From positions 4,836,001 through 4,900,000 of the forward strand of contig CM022668.1 of NCBI GenBank assembly GCA_012295275.1: 64,000 nucleotides of DNA, read 5' to 3'. The first letter of the stretch is position 1. Each line of letters starts with the position of its first letter. Shown piece by piece: positions 11,978-35,891 of this stretch. The translations under genes were made by a program, and so were the position numbers. The notes beneath the pieces were generated by a model. It did no database searches and was not told the origin of the DNA. It worked only from the letters and a program-made list of their open reading frames with translations. The stretch comes from Chrysomallon squamiferum (taxonomy: Eukaryota > Animalia > Mollusca).

Positions 11978-14900
11978 TCATTACATCAGGTAGGGAGAAG
12001 AGCGATGTAAGTAACAGCTTCAGTCAGATGAACAATAAATAAATGAAATTGTAAAAAATAATAATAAAGAGCAATAATAACTCTTACGTGGAGACGCTTT
12101 GAGCGAAAGATAAAAAAATATTTTTGTATGTGTGGATAAGAGTATGTCTTTATATCAGTGATCTGATCTAAATATCTGGACATGTTTCATGTATTTCGTT
12201 ATGGAGAAAAAAGAAAAGAAAAAAGAATACATTATATATCTATTATTTTAATACATTAGGGAGAAGACGAATATTTTTAATGTTTATATATATCTATCTA
12301 TGTACATATATGTTTACATTCACAACACAGTTGAAAAGTATAAACAAAAGTGTTCAGGGGTTATTCAAATCTGCTTCTAAATTAATACAATATATTTCTG
12401 AACCTATTTAAATTTATTTACAAGGTATCCTTTCTCAACATATATGAAGAAAAACAAAACATCGAACATTTCACGAGAAACATTCTAAAACAAACCATGT
12501 TCGTTGAGGACATTTTAAAACATTTCCGTATTTTTTACTGAATTCATTAGTAGATCCTTTGAGAATATGACTTTATCCAGACATATGATTCTGAAAGTCG
12601 CGATGCGAGTAAGATGTCGTTTTGACTGCAAATTATGATGGGACATGCAGTTATTACACGTTTCATAGTCGCTAAGTAAAATAGTGCTCCGTCACCATTT
12701 TACACTTGACAAAGATGCGGCCATTGTCAAGTATTTTGAAAATTATTTAATCTTCCCCTTTTAATCTGTCAATTTTAACATTTAATGAAAAAAGTGTTTT
12801 GTGGTTTGTAACGTGCGATTCCAGAAGACTTCTAGTTGAGGTTTGAAAATATCTGTTTTTGCTTTTGAACCGAGGATGAGGATTTGCTCTATTGAGAGTA
12901 TTTTAAAATGATTTTCCCAATCATGGGCAGCTGGATTAAAATATTCACACGAATGACATTTTCGTGCTTAAAATCATATTTATGGAAAACAGTTCTAACT
13001 CGTAACATATTTTCTATTTTGCCGAAACGTGATTAAATGAGAAGTAATCTTGAAAAAGTTGAAATAATTTACAGTATCTTTTCAGAAATAAAATAACATA
13101 CCTTTAGTGAAATATTATAAAAGAAAAATGACACAACTGTCTCCTTCTGGAGATAGTTATGACGGTATATAAATAAATATATATATATTTTTTTTAAATT
13201 GCCCTGTGGAAATAGAACGTTATACGTGATGTTGCTGAAGAGAAGCTGTACGGACGTAAAAGAAGACACAAGCATTATCCAATCAGTTAACATGGACTTA
13301 CTATAGCAGCACACGTGAGCTGCATCCGCACATCTGAAATCTTCAGTAGTAAGGGCAGACATAAGTGTACAAGCTTCTCCTGTCATACATTGGGAATCTT
13401 CGCTTGGATGATCGACACAGTCTAAAAGGAAAAAAAAAAAATCGTTAAAGTAGAAAGATACTCTCTCTCTCTCTCTCTCAGTTTTTGTCTGTATATCATT
13501 TTCTTTCTTTATCACTCTCTCTGAATGATTTGAATTAAGACGGATATAATGTGAAGCGGTCAAACGTTTATGAGCGATGTAAGATGAACAACAAATAAAT
13601 GAAATTATAGAAAAATAATAATAAAGAGCAATAATAAGAGTTACGTGGAGACGCTTTGAGCGAAAGAAAAAAATATGTTTGTATGTATATATGGATAAGA
13701 GTATGTGTTTATATCAGTGATCTGATCAAGTTTCATGTATATCTTTATGGAGAAACTAAATTAAGAAGAGATGTTTGATATCTTACCTGGAAGAGGAGCT
13801 TCAAAGGAAAAAAAAGAATAATATATATATACATATATTATTATTATTATTATTTTTATTATTATTATTTCAGTACAACAGGTAGGGAGAAGACGAATAT
13901 GTTTAATGTGTATGTATGTATATATATATATATACATTTATTAACATACATGAGGCATTTTAAAACTATAAACAAAAGCGTACAGCGGTTTATTCAAATC
14001 CACTTTTAGATTAATACAGTATATAACTAAGCCTATTTAAAATTATTTAGAAGGTATCCTTTCTCAAAATACACAAAGAAATACAAAGCATCCAGCATTT
14101 CATGAAAAACAAAACTTATCCTTTGAAAACATTATAAAACATTTTTAAATCTTTACTGAAAACGGTCGTAAATCGTTCCAGAACAGTTACGATGCTAAAT
14201 AATCAAAATAAATAACTGACATATCATAGTGGATTTTTGCTTGCTTTGTTTGAAACCGATTCAAACAAACACAATTTCGGCTGAAACATTTAACCGTAAA
14301 TCTGTTGATTCATTTCTCATTCAAATTCAAAAATGTTACGTTTTTCCTTAATTCAAATTATTTTTATAATACTTTCAGATGGTTTCTCTGTATCTGGGTT
14401 TTCTTCAAATGTTCTCTAAATAGAAAATGTCAGCATCGACGTTTATATTAGTAAATATGGAATCTGCATGAAGCGTAACTAAGAGGGACTTTTGAGGTTC
14501 TGTTGTTTAAGATATGTTAAGTAAAACAGCATCTGTATTTTCAACAAAACTATCGTGTCTGTTTCCAAATGTATTGAAAAATGTGTATATGTACGAGTTA
14601 TGTATGTTAATGAACGTGTGTTTGTGTCAATGTATTAGATGGTAATATGCGTTATGTATCAAATATATCTGGATGTATTTCATGTATTTCTTTATAGAGA
14701 AAACAAATTGTCAAAAATAATGTTTGATATCTTACTTGCTGGTGCAGCTTCAGAGAGAAATAAAGAAAAAATACAAAAAGTAATCATATTAATACATCAG
14801 TTAGAAAAAAAGAAGAATATTATTAATGTACATACGTACGTAAGTATGTATCTAAATATATACATAATGTGTATATGTATATAGGTATGTGTATGTATGT

Positions 14901-15620
14901 GTAAGAGAGGTCAACAGAGAGTAAAAGAGACGTAAATGAAACATGGACAGGTAAATACAGAATGAGAGAGATGATGAAAGACAGAGAGAAAGAGATTGAT
15001 ATATAGGTAGAGAGACAGATAGATAAACAGACAGATAGAGACAGAGATATATACAGAGACAGTTGTAAGGTTTACTTACGTAGTGCTTCGCAGTCGTCCA
15101 ACTGTTTTTTTCAGACAGTCAATTTTCACCAGCATCTTTTGAACTCTGAAAGACAAAAACAGCTTTTTAACTGATAAATATTTTATATTACACTTGTCAG
15201 TTATTGCTTTTCAGGAACGGAAACTTCTCATACAATTTACATTATTTTACTTTAGGAAAAGCTTAGTTTAGAAACAACTCTTAAAGTGTGTCTCTTTTAT
15301 TTCGTTTCGTTTTTATTTATTTACTGTTTTCTTTCTTTATTTACGTATTTATTTATTAATTTGTTTGTTTCTTTTTCAATTTTTTTAATATATTTATTTG
15401 TTTATTTGTTTGTTAGTTTCTTTATTATTATTATAATAATTTCGGATGTTAGTATAATTCTTCTTCTTCTTATTATTATTATAAACACAAAATAAATTAC
15501 TTACTTCTGACTACAGCTTTCAGCCGGTTTCTCATGTCCCCACCCCCAGTGTTCAAGGTGTGACTCTGCTACAGTCAGACATGTTACAACCAACACGCAA
15601 ATAATCAGAGAAGATTTCAT
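10868..15620 (-). CDS. Subfamily-A gene A2 (2 six-Cys domains); exon 2 has a +1 frameshift in an A7 run (pseudogene or consensus error)
   Basis: Exons 15620-15505; 15145-15080 (66 nt vs 65 in paralogs); micro 14747-14736, 13798-13787, 13653-13645; Cys 13421-13302 (CVDHPSEDSQCMTGEACTLMSALTTEDFRCADAAHVCCY); micro 12096-12088, 11887-11876 (11663-11655 has a weak donor); Cys 11407-11288 (CSIHSDPAAACVTQSACSDALGSEAPTHACVNAAEVCCY); last exon 10932-10868 (GMSGSRKRNLEKSSKKNIQSY*). Confidence 0.75.
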
Positions 15621-16153
15621 TTTCACTTTTTTCTGCTTCTTGTACTCACGACTTTGTTGAACTGTGTGAAAGCTGGAAATGCGAGACGTACTGTTATTTG
15701 TTTCTTTTGTCAAAGTGTACAAATCACACTTTTAATTAACTGTTCTGTTCTCAATAGCTGCATGTGTGATTTTCTAATTTCATTGAAATCTGATAAGACA
15801 ATAACTATTAATTGTTCTCAGTTTATATTCAGCCACCATTCGTTTTTCTCTTGATTGTCTTGTGTTCACCTTCACTCTTAATTTACAGTCCTGTTCTGTT
15901 TAATGACTGCATCTGTGATTTTCTAATTTCATTGAAATCTGTTACAGACAACAGCTATTAATTGTTCTCAGTTTATTTTCAGCCACCCACCGGTTTTAGT
16001 CTTGATGGTCTTTGCTGGATATAACAGAGTAAACAGCTGAAGAAAATCGACCTTAAAGTGACACGCTTCAAATATTTCTACTAATCATTCATTTATTTAT
16101 TTGTTTATTTATTTATTTATTTATTTCTATTTGGTTCTGTATTGGATTTGTTA

Positions 16154-16185
<32 letters not shown>

Positions 16186-16327
16186 GTTATTGTTATTATT
16201 ATTATTATTATTGTTATTATTATTATTATAATATTTACATCACTGTTGTTGTTCTTGTTATTTTTCTGGTTAATGTCATTTTGTTTGTTTATGGATAAGT
16301 TGAGGATCAAAAAGTAAAAGAAAATAT

Positions 16328-16512
16328 TGAAACCATGGTGATATACTCAACTTATCTTGAAACCCTAGTGATATACTTCAAATTATAGTGAAACCATGTT
16401 GATATACTCAACTTATGTTGAAACCTTAGTGAAAAGCAAAAGCTTATTTTGAAACCATGGTGATATATTCAACTTATCTTGAAACCCTAGTGATATACAT
16501 CAAATTATAGTG
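16328..16512. repeat. Minisatellite, ~30-bp unit x6 (GAAACCATGGTGATATACTCAACTTATCTT-like)
   Basis: Direct contiguous repetition of GAAACC(A/C/T)..GTGATATA..CAA.TTAT with no unique spacers. Confidence 0.8.
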
Positions 16513-17640
16513 CATAACATGCAAAAATTCGAATATACTTCTTCTTCCACCATAATTAATGTACATTATTCATATGGCTGGTTTTAAGTATGAGCTGAAA
16601 AATCTACTCCAAGCTTAGAAAGTGGCGTCCTGTAAGAGCCTGTAAGATTTCAGTTTAATTATCACACAATTTTATTCTCTGTTAATGCTCAAGAAATTGG
16701 GTCTATAAAGATTTGAATAGTTTAGGGCATCGCCGTGTTTATAACTCACACTAACTGTTTTCTCTGTTCTCTAAATCCAGTTTGAAAATAATTTACTAAA
16801 ATATTCTGCGTACAGTTGCTCGTAATTTGATGACTGTGTGTTATTTTCTATATATAAATGTCAAAATAAATAATTTTAACACTACTCTAATTTTCTATAA
16901 TTTCTTCGTGTTATGGAAAAATGGAAAAACAAAAAAGAAGATAAGAAAAGCCATGATACACAATGTAAGACTGTTATATACTGGAAATACTTAGGATGAT
17001 GATAATCACGAAAAACGTCAGGCCTACTGAAACACTGCCAGACTTTTCCGAACTAACACAACCAGTTCTATCCCAGTGTCAACAGGACGAATCAACACAG
17101 AAAAAAGGTAATATTTTTACAGAGACTCGTACTGACTAATTTTGCAATGAGTGACAGCTGTCAAAACGGAGGCATACAAAACTAGGAAAAAGGGTGCAAT
17201 GGATTTTCGTTTGACAGGACGATGGACAGTGCCTCGTTTTCATTTTGTGACTCGAGATCCGTGTTCTCTAGATTTTTGGTTTTTGCAAAACATTTGTATC
17301 GTAACAGTAGCAAAGGACATTTACCATTCAATCAATTAAATCAGTGTAAAAACAAAATAATGAAACTTTGGGAATCCTCGTGAAAAAGACAGAAGACTTT
17401 TCTAGAAATAGCCATTTCAGTAACATTAACAAATGTAAATGCTAATGTTGTTTTTACTGTTGTTACTATTACACTTCGATACTATTAACTACCACTACTA
17501 TAGAAAATAAATAAATAAATAAATAAGTTAATTTATTAATTTTAAAATAATAAAGATAAAGAGTTATCATGCTTTCACACTTTTATTTCTTACTAATATG
17601 ACTGTGTTTCCTTTTTCAAGTTTCTCTCCAGACTTTTAAC

Positions 17641-20746
<3,106 letters not shown>

Positions 20747-21146
20747 TTTCACTTTTTTCTGCTTCTTGAAGTTACGACTTTGTCGAACGATGTGAATACC
20801 GGAAATGTGAGACTTGTAATTGTTTGTCTCTTCTGTCAACGTGTACAAATCACAGTTTTAATTGTTCTGTTCTGCTCAATAGCTGCATCTGTGTGTTTCT
20901 AATTTCATTCAAAACTGATAAGACAATAACTATTAATTGTTCTCAGTTTATGCTGAGCCACCCATCGTTTTTCACCTGATTGTCTTGTTCGGGATGTGAC
21001 AGAGTGAACAACTGAAGAAAATCGATCGCAAGCCGATGTGTTTCAAATATTTCTACAACTCATTCATTTATTGATTTGTTTATTTGATTTTGTTTTAATT
21101 TTAATAAAATAGTAATAAAAATCATGATTACTTTATGTGCATCATT

Positions 21147-21179
<33 letters not shown>

Positions 21180-21640
21180 ATTGTTTTTAATGTTATACTG
21201 TTTGTTTCTGGATAAGTTGAGAATCAAAATGTAAAGGATAGTATTATTTTTGATAAACAGAGATACATTGGTATTGAATAATCCTCCCAGTCTAAAATAA
21301 AAATTATAAATAGAAATGAAAAGAGCGATAAAATAGAAAGTAATTAATGACTAATATATTTACCAGATTAATACGAAGGAAAATTATTATATGCCAACGA
21401 AAGTTAATTTTGCTTTAGCAGCATGGGTCTTAGATCAGTGGCTAGATATTTTACTAACTTAAAACCAGAGAGATGAACAGACGCGCTGTCACACAGTGTA
21501 CCGAGGAGAACTGACCGTGAAATCTCAAGGTGACACATTTTCTACGTATAAATCCGAGTGATGACGAACCAGTTCGAACCAGTGAAGCTTATCACTTCCT
21601 TCAGTAGTGTACTTTGACTTTAATATTATCAGTAAATACC

Positions 21641-21704
<64 letters not shown>

Positions 21705-21725
21705 AACACAAAATAAATTACTTAC

Positions 21726-21841
21726 TTCTGACTACAGCTTTCAGCCGGTTTCTCATGTCCCCACCCCCAGTGTTCAAGGTGTGACTCTGCTACACTCAGA
21801 CATGTTACAACCAACACGCAAATAATCAGAGAAGATTTCAT
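21726..21841 (-). CDS. Extra intact A-type exon 1 with its own promoter units (orphan, or alternative first exon of A3)
   Basis: 116 nt from ATG to CAG AA|gtaagt, same phase as the other copies. There is no exon 2 before the A3 exon 1; the nearest exon-2 acceptor is at 20450. Confidence 0.6.
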
Positions 21842-22424
21842 TTTCACTTTTTTCTGCTTCTTGTACTCAGGACTTTGTTGAACTGTGTGAGCTCTGGAAA
21901 TGCGAGACGTACTGATATTTGTTTCTTTTGTCAACGTGTACAATGGAAAATTACACTCTTAATTAACTGTCCTGTTCTGCTTGGTAGCTGCAAGTGCGAT
22001 TTTCTAATTTCATTGAAATCTGATAAGACAATAAATATTTATTGTTCTCAGTTTATATTCAGCTACCCACCGTTTTTCTCTTGATTGTCTTCTGTTCACC
22101 TTGACTCTTAATTAACTGTCCTGTTCTGTTCAGTGACTGCATCTGTGATTTTCTAATTTCATTGAAATCTGTTACAGACAACAACTATTAATTGTACTCA
22201 GTTTATATTCAGCTACCCACCGGTTTTAGTTTTGATGGTCTTTGCTGGATATAACACAGTAAACAACTGAAGGAAATCGATCTTAAAGTGACACGCTTCA
22301 ATATTTCTACGACTCATTAATTTATTTATTTGTATTATTGTATGTATGAGTGTATATATTTATGTATGTATGCATTTATGTCTTTGTATGTGCATGTGAG
22401 TGTGTGTGTGTGTGAGAGAGAGAG

Positions 22425-22536
<112 letters not shown>

Positions 22537-22554
22537 GTTGTCATTTTTACTTAT

Positions 22555-23130
22555 GATGTGCTTCGCTATCGTCTAACTGTTTTTTCAGACAGTCAATTGT
22601 TACCAGCATCTTTTCAATTCTGAAAGATAAAAATAGCTTCATAACGTAGAAAATATTTTATGTTATACGTACCAGGTATAGATTTTCAGGAAAGAAAACG
22701 TCTCCTACAATTCACTTTATTTTTCTTTAGAAAAAACTGAGATTAGAAAGAACTTTTAAAATATAACTGTTTTATTTTTTAGTACATTATTTATTCATTT
22801 ATTTATTAGTTTCCTTGTTTTTTGTTTGTTTGGTTATCTATTATTATTATTATTATAATTGTGGTTGTTGTTATTGTTTTCGCTTTGTTGTTGTTGTTAT
22901 AAACAAAATTACTTACTTCTCATTACAGATTTTTTATACTGAATTTTACCGCTATTTTTATGTCAGAATGGGTAGAAGCGTTCTCAAAAATGTTATTTTT
23001 ATATCTCAGATACTTAAACGATATTCAGTATTAATTGGCAACCTTTTAAAGATTCCTCGTGTTCAAGGTGTGACTCTGCTACACTCAGACATGTTACAAC
23101 CAACACGCAAATAATCAGAGAAGATTCCAT
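22555..23130 (-). pseudogene. A-type pseudogene (exon 1 and exon 2 only)
   Basis: MESSLIICVLVVTCLSVAESHLEHEES, with WGWG deleted, then ~115 bp of unrelated inserted sequence containing a stop before the original donor (~22916). Exon 2 at 22619-22555 has its donor mutated GT>AT and a Cys>Ser change. Confidence 0.75.
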
Positions 23131-24012
23131 TTTCACTTTCTTCTGCTTCTTGTAGTCACGACTTTGTCGAACGATGTGAATACCGGAAATGTGAGACTTG
23201 TAATTGTTTGTCTCTTATGTCAACGTGTACAAATCACAGTTTTAATTGTTCTGTTCTGCTCAATAGCTGCATGTGTGAGTTTGTAATTTCACTGGAACCT
23301 GATAAGAGAATAACTATTAATTGTTCTCAGTTTATGCTGAGCCACCCATCGTTTTTCACCTGATTGTCTTGTTCGGGATGTGACAGAGTGAACAACTGAA
23401 GAAAATCGATCGCAAGCCGATGTGTTTCAAATATTTCTACAACTCATTCATTTATTGATTTGTTTATTTGATTTTGTTTTAATTTTAATAAAATAGTAAT
23501 AAAAATCATTATTACTTTATGTGCATCATTGTTCTGGTTCTGGTTCTGGTTATTGTTTTTAATGTTATATTTTTTGTTTCTGGATAAGTTGAGAATCAAA
23601 ATGTAAAGGATAGTATAATTTTTGATAAACAGAGATACATTGGTATTGAATAATCCTCCCAGTCTAAAATAAAAATTATAAATAGAAATGAAAAGAGCGA
23701 TAAAATAGAAAGTAATTAATGACTAATATATTTACCAGATTAATACGAAGGAAAATTATTATATGCCAACGAAAGTTAATTTTGCTTTAGCAGCATGGGT
23801 CTCAGATCAGTGGCTAGATATTTTATTAATTTAAAACCAGAGAGATGAACAGACGCGCTGTCACACAGTGTACCGAGGAGAACTGACCGTGAAATCTCAA
23901 GGTGACACATTTTCTACGTATAAATCCGAGTGATGACGAACCAGTTCGAACCAGTGAAGCTTCTCACTTCCTTCAGTAGTGTACTTTGACTTTAATATTA
24001 TCAGTAAATACC
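23130..24012. repeat. Near-identical direct duplication of ~20750-21641
   Basis: About 880 bp match covering the A-type upstream region and the dispersed AGCAGCATGGGTCT(T/C)AGATCAG element. Confidence 0.85.
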
Positions 24013-24488
24013 TATCGCCACTGTCAGTTGTGAAGAAGGAAAATGGTAGCGTTAAATGTTTGTTGTTATTTTTTGTCTTTTCTTTAAACGTGTTATTTTA
24101 TTGTTATATTTTATGTAGAATAATGACACATTTTATTCAGATAATCAAATAGCAACTTGGAACTATAGAGTATTCATTTTCGAAGGCTTATTCGTATAAA
24201 ATAATTGTATTAATTAAAGTAAATACGAAATTTGATAAACTTAAATAGTGAGAACATACACAATAGTTAAAAAAACGAAACATCCAACTAATATTTTAAG
24301 AAGAAATAATAATAAAAAGTTTAAAGTTAAAGATAAATAAATAGATGAATGAATGAATGAATAAAAAATATATAAATAAAATAATGAAAGAAAGAACAAA
24401 TAGACGAGAAAACAAGAACAAGAACAGAACAACAACATTTGGTCCTAACTACGAAGTTAATTTCAAAAAACAAAATAAATAAATTTAC

Positions 24489-24589
24489 CTTTGAGTGCAG
24501 TTGTCCCAGAAATGTCTGCCCCACCAACTTCCATGTGACTCCACTGTAGTCAAACATGCTACGACGACGACAAATAGAAATATTTTCAT
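24489..24589 (-). pseudogene. Inverted orphan copy of B-type exon 1 (MKIFLFVVVVACLTTVESHGSWWGRHFWDNCTQ)
   Basis: ~24120-24630 is the reverse complement of ~25570-26090. The donor is intact, but the TATA/Inr region is missing and no B exon 2 follows. Confidence 0.75.
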
Positions 24590-24917
24590 AGTTACTGAAC
24601 CTCGTTTTAACTTCTTTCTACGAATTCCTTAAAATAAAGAAAGAAAGATTCTTCCGCCCGTTTCCAAATGAAAGAGACAAACCAGTTTCTTTTGTGCTAA
24701 GTGCAAAAAGGGAATCACGCAGGGAAAAAGAAAATATGTTTATTACACGTAACAGCTGATGTATTTAAATTAAAATATACTGGACGGTTTATTTCAAGTG
24801 GTAGAAAACTAGTCAATAAATAGGTGACCTTTTTTTTTTTTTTTTTAATTATATACATCGCGTAGATCAGAAAAACATACACACATTACAGGCCAGTAGA
24901 AGAATAGGACAAAATAA

Positions 24918-24974
<57 letters not shown>

Positions 24975-25527
24975 TAAAAATCACAGAAAAAGATGAAAAA
25001 TTAAAACCTTCAAACATTTTCATCCGTAATCAAGAATTTATTTTTGAGAACCATCGACGGTTCAGATATTATTTAAATATGCAGATATCTTTAGAATTAA
25101 AACATGTGTGACGGTCCAAACGAAAATAAAAATTTAATACACCAAAATGAAATGTAATAATAATATTAAAGAAATTCTTAAAAAATCGAAAAAAAAAAAT
25201 TAAAAAAAGGTAAAAATAAATATATATAGCAAAACAGTAAATGAACGAACAAATGAATAAATAAATAAAAATAAAGAAAGAAAGATTCTCCCGCCCGTTT
25301 CCAAATAAAACAGAGAAACCATTTTCTTTTGTGATAAGTGCAAAAAGGGAATCACGCAGAGAAAAAGAAAATATGTTTATTACACGCAACAGCTGATGTA
25401 TTTAAATTAAAATATACTGGACGGTTTATTTCAAGTGGTAGAAAACTAGTTCAATAAATAGGTGACCTTTTGGTTTTTTAATTAGATATATTTTTTCCGA
25501 GCCACGTTCGAACGTTTCAGTAACATT

Positions 25528-25562
25528 TATAAATGGCTCCACTTTTCTCAGAATGAGTCAGT
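25528..25562 (+). promoter_or_regulatory. TATA box plus TCAGT initiator of gene B1
   Basis: TATAAAT at 25528 and TCAGT at 25558-25562 (canonical ~30-nt spacing), ATG at 25608. Conserved upstream of B2. Confidence 0.7.
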
Positions 25563-25607
25563 CGATAAGGAATTCGTAGAAAGAAGGTAAAACGAGACTC
25601 AGTAACT

Positions 25608-33731
<8,124 letters not shown>

Positions 33732-34179
33732 AACCCGACAGCGGAGAACTATCCGGATCAACGATAGAGAAAAAAAAAGTTTTACTTTATATTATTACTA
33801 GTAATAAAATATATCTTCATCAGCGATAATTGTATTTACTTTTATTACTGTTAAATTGTTGACGTTTACGGTCATTATTAATAATTATATCTTAAGATAT
33901 TTTTATTTTATGGGTTTTTTTTAATTTCTGAAACTTCTGTAAGCTAGGACATACATAATAAATGTGCAATGTTAGTAGTAATAGTAGTAGTAGTAGCAGT
34001 AGTAGTAGTAGTAGAAATAATACCAGTAGTAGAAGTAGTAGTAGCTATAATAGTAGCAGTAGTAGTATGAATAGTGGTGGCGCTGAAAGTGGTGCTGCTG
34101 TTGGTGCTGCTAGTAGTAGTAGTAGTAGTAGTAGTAGAAGTAGTGGCAACAGCAGCACCAGTGTGATAAACGTCACTAA

Positions 34180-34194
34180 CAGCGCCATCTGGCG
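34180..34194 (-). promoter_or_regulatory. CTCF-like motif CGCCAGATGGCGCTG
   Basis: Matches the CTCF core CCAG(A/G)(G/T)GGCGC. An identical copy is at 40232-40246, with variants at ~42163-42177 and ~49726-49740. Confidence 0.45.
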
Positions 34195-34909
34195 AGATAC
34201 CGCCCAGGCTACATCCTGACAGTTGTTACTTGATTTCGTTTTCATGCCGGCCTATCATTATTATTAATGAAATATGACCGTGAAATGATGACCAGAAGAC
34301 ATTTTAAAACAAATCAGTCCGCAATATAAACGATGACGTCACGAGTCACGAATAGTGGCGACTCTCTGATATTTTTTAAACTGAACACTTTTGTTAAATT
34401 TTGTTTTTATTTTCGTGACGTGTAGAATAACATCTCGTTTTCAGAGCTCAGAATGAAAAGACGTCATTAACAGTTTGATATTAAGTCCAAGCGTATAGTC
34501 CATGAGTGTACGATGACGTCATTACGGCATTTTTAAACCGTAAAATGGCGATTGCCAAATATTTTGTAAGAGTATAATTTTATTATAAAACTTTGTTATC
34601 AGAGATGATGAGGTACGAAAAATAGAAGTGATAAAAATTTGGAAATATAAATAATTTTGTTAGATGATTTGTTCATAACTTTGCATCTATACACTTTAAA
34701 AATATTAAAAATATACATTTTACAATTTGATAAAATCGATGATAAGCGTGGATAAATTTATTTTTTGTTTTTATTTCAATGTAATATAATATAACATAAC
34801 ATAACATAATATAATATAACATAACATAATATAACATAATATAATTAATTTATTTTGTTTCTTCGTTTGTTTATTTATGTTCTTTTTAAATATATATTCA
34901 GTAGCCTGA

Positions 34910-35852
34910 TTAGCGGTCCTGGTCTGAAAAAGAAACACTGGAATTAGAAAGTTTAATTAGATGTCTGACATTAAGTTCAGTCACTTCAGTAGCAAAACTG
35001 AAGGAACACTTGAAACAATTGACGTAACTGAGTATAAACAACTGAGTATAATTATTAACATAAAGTAAAATAAAGTCTGATATGGTTTTGGCGAATCACA
35101 TAAACAAAACCTAGAGATTTTAGAAATACGAACTGCTTTAATTTCATACAAGGGGAAATAAAGAACATTTTGAAATGGAAACAGTTTGATTCTAGGAGAA
35201 GAAGAGTTCAGCGGACGTGAAAGGAAACATGTCACCATCCAATCAGGACTTACCAAAGCAGCACACGTGAGTTGGATCCGTGCAGGTGTAACCGTTAGCT
35301 GGAGTACCTTCAGTGACTAGACACAATTGAGTGGTGGTACATTCTGAGGCTGTTGGATAATCCTCGCATTCTGAAAGGAAAATTAACAAGAAATTAGGTT
35401 TCATCAGTGTGCCATCAGAACACAGTTCTTTATGTTCTAATGAATGTGCGTGTGTGTGTGTCGTTGTCTATTTTTATTACGTATATTTATGTCTGTCTGT
35501 CTGTATTTATGTATGTATATATGTATGTATGTATGTATGTATGTAAGTATGTATGTATGTATATGTGTATTTTAGTACTGAATATTCTACATTTTATGTA
35601 ATATATCTGCTTGTAATACAAAGTGTAATAACAATCCCACAAACCCCGTCAGACGCCATTCTTTTTAGACTGCTCCACCACTATAACTACTTTTGTTGCT
35701 ACAACTACTACCACTGATGCTATATAGCTAACATAGCTCCACTACAACCACTATCAGAATTCTACTACTATTCCTACTATAACTAAATTTATTATTTATT
35801 TATTTATTTATTATAAGTGTGCGTGTGTGTTTGTGTCTGTTTGTGTGTGTAT

Positions 35853-35891
<39 letters not shown>

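Noticed and set aside
16328-16512. 30-bp repeats with GAAAC resembling CRISPR direct repeats
   Set aside because: Contiguous units without unique spacers; an ordinary minisatellite.
33962-34245. Ser-rich and Leu-rich ORFs
   Set aside because: Degenerate (AGT)n repeat downstream of the B1 polyA signal; the paralogous copy at 40.0-40.2 kb does not keep the frame.
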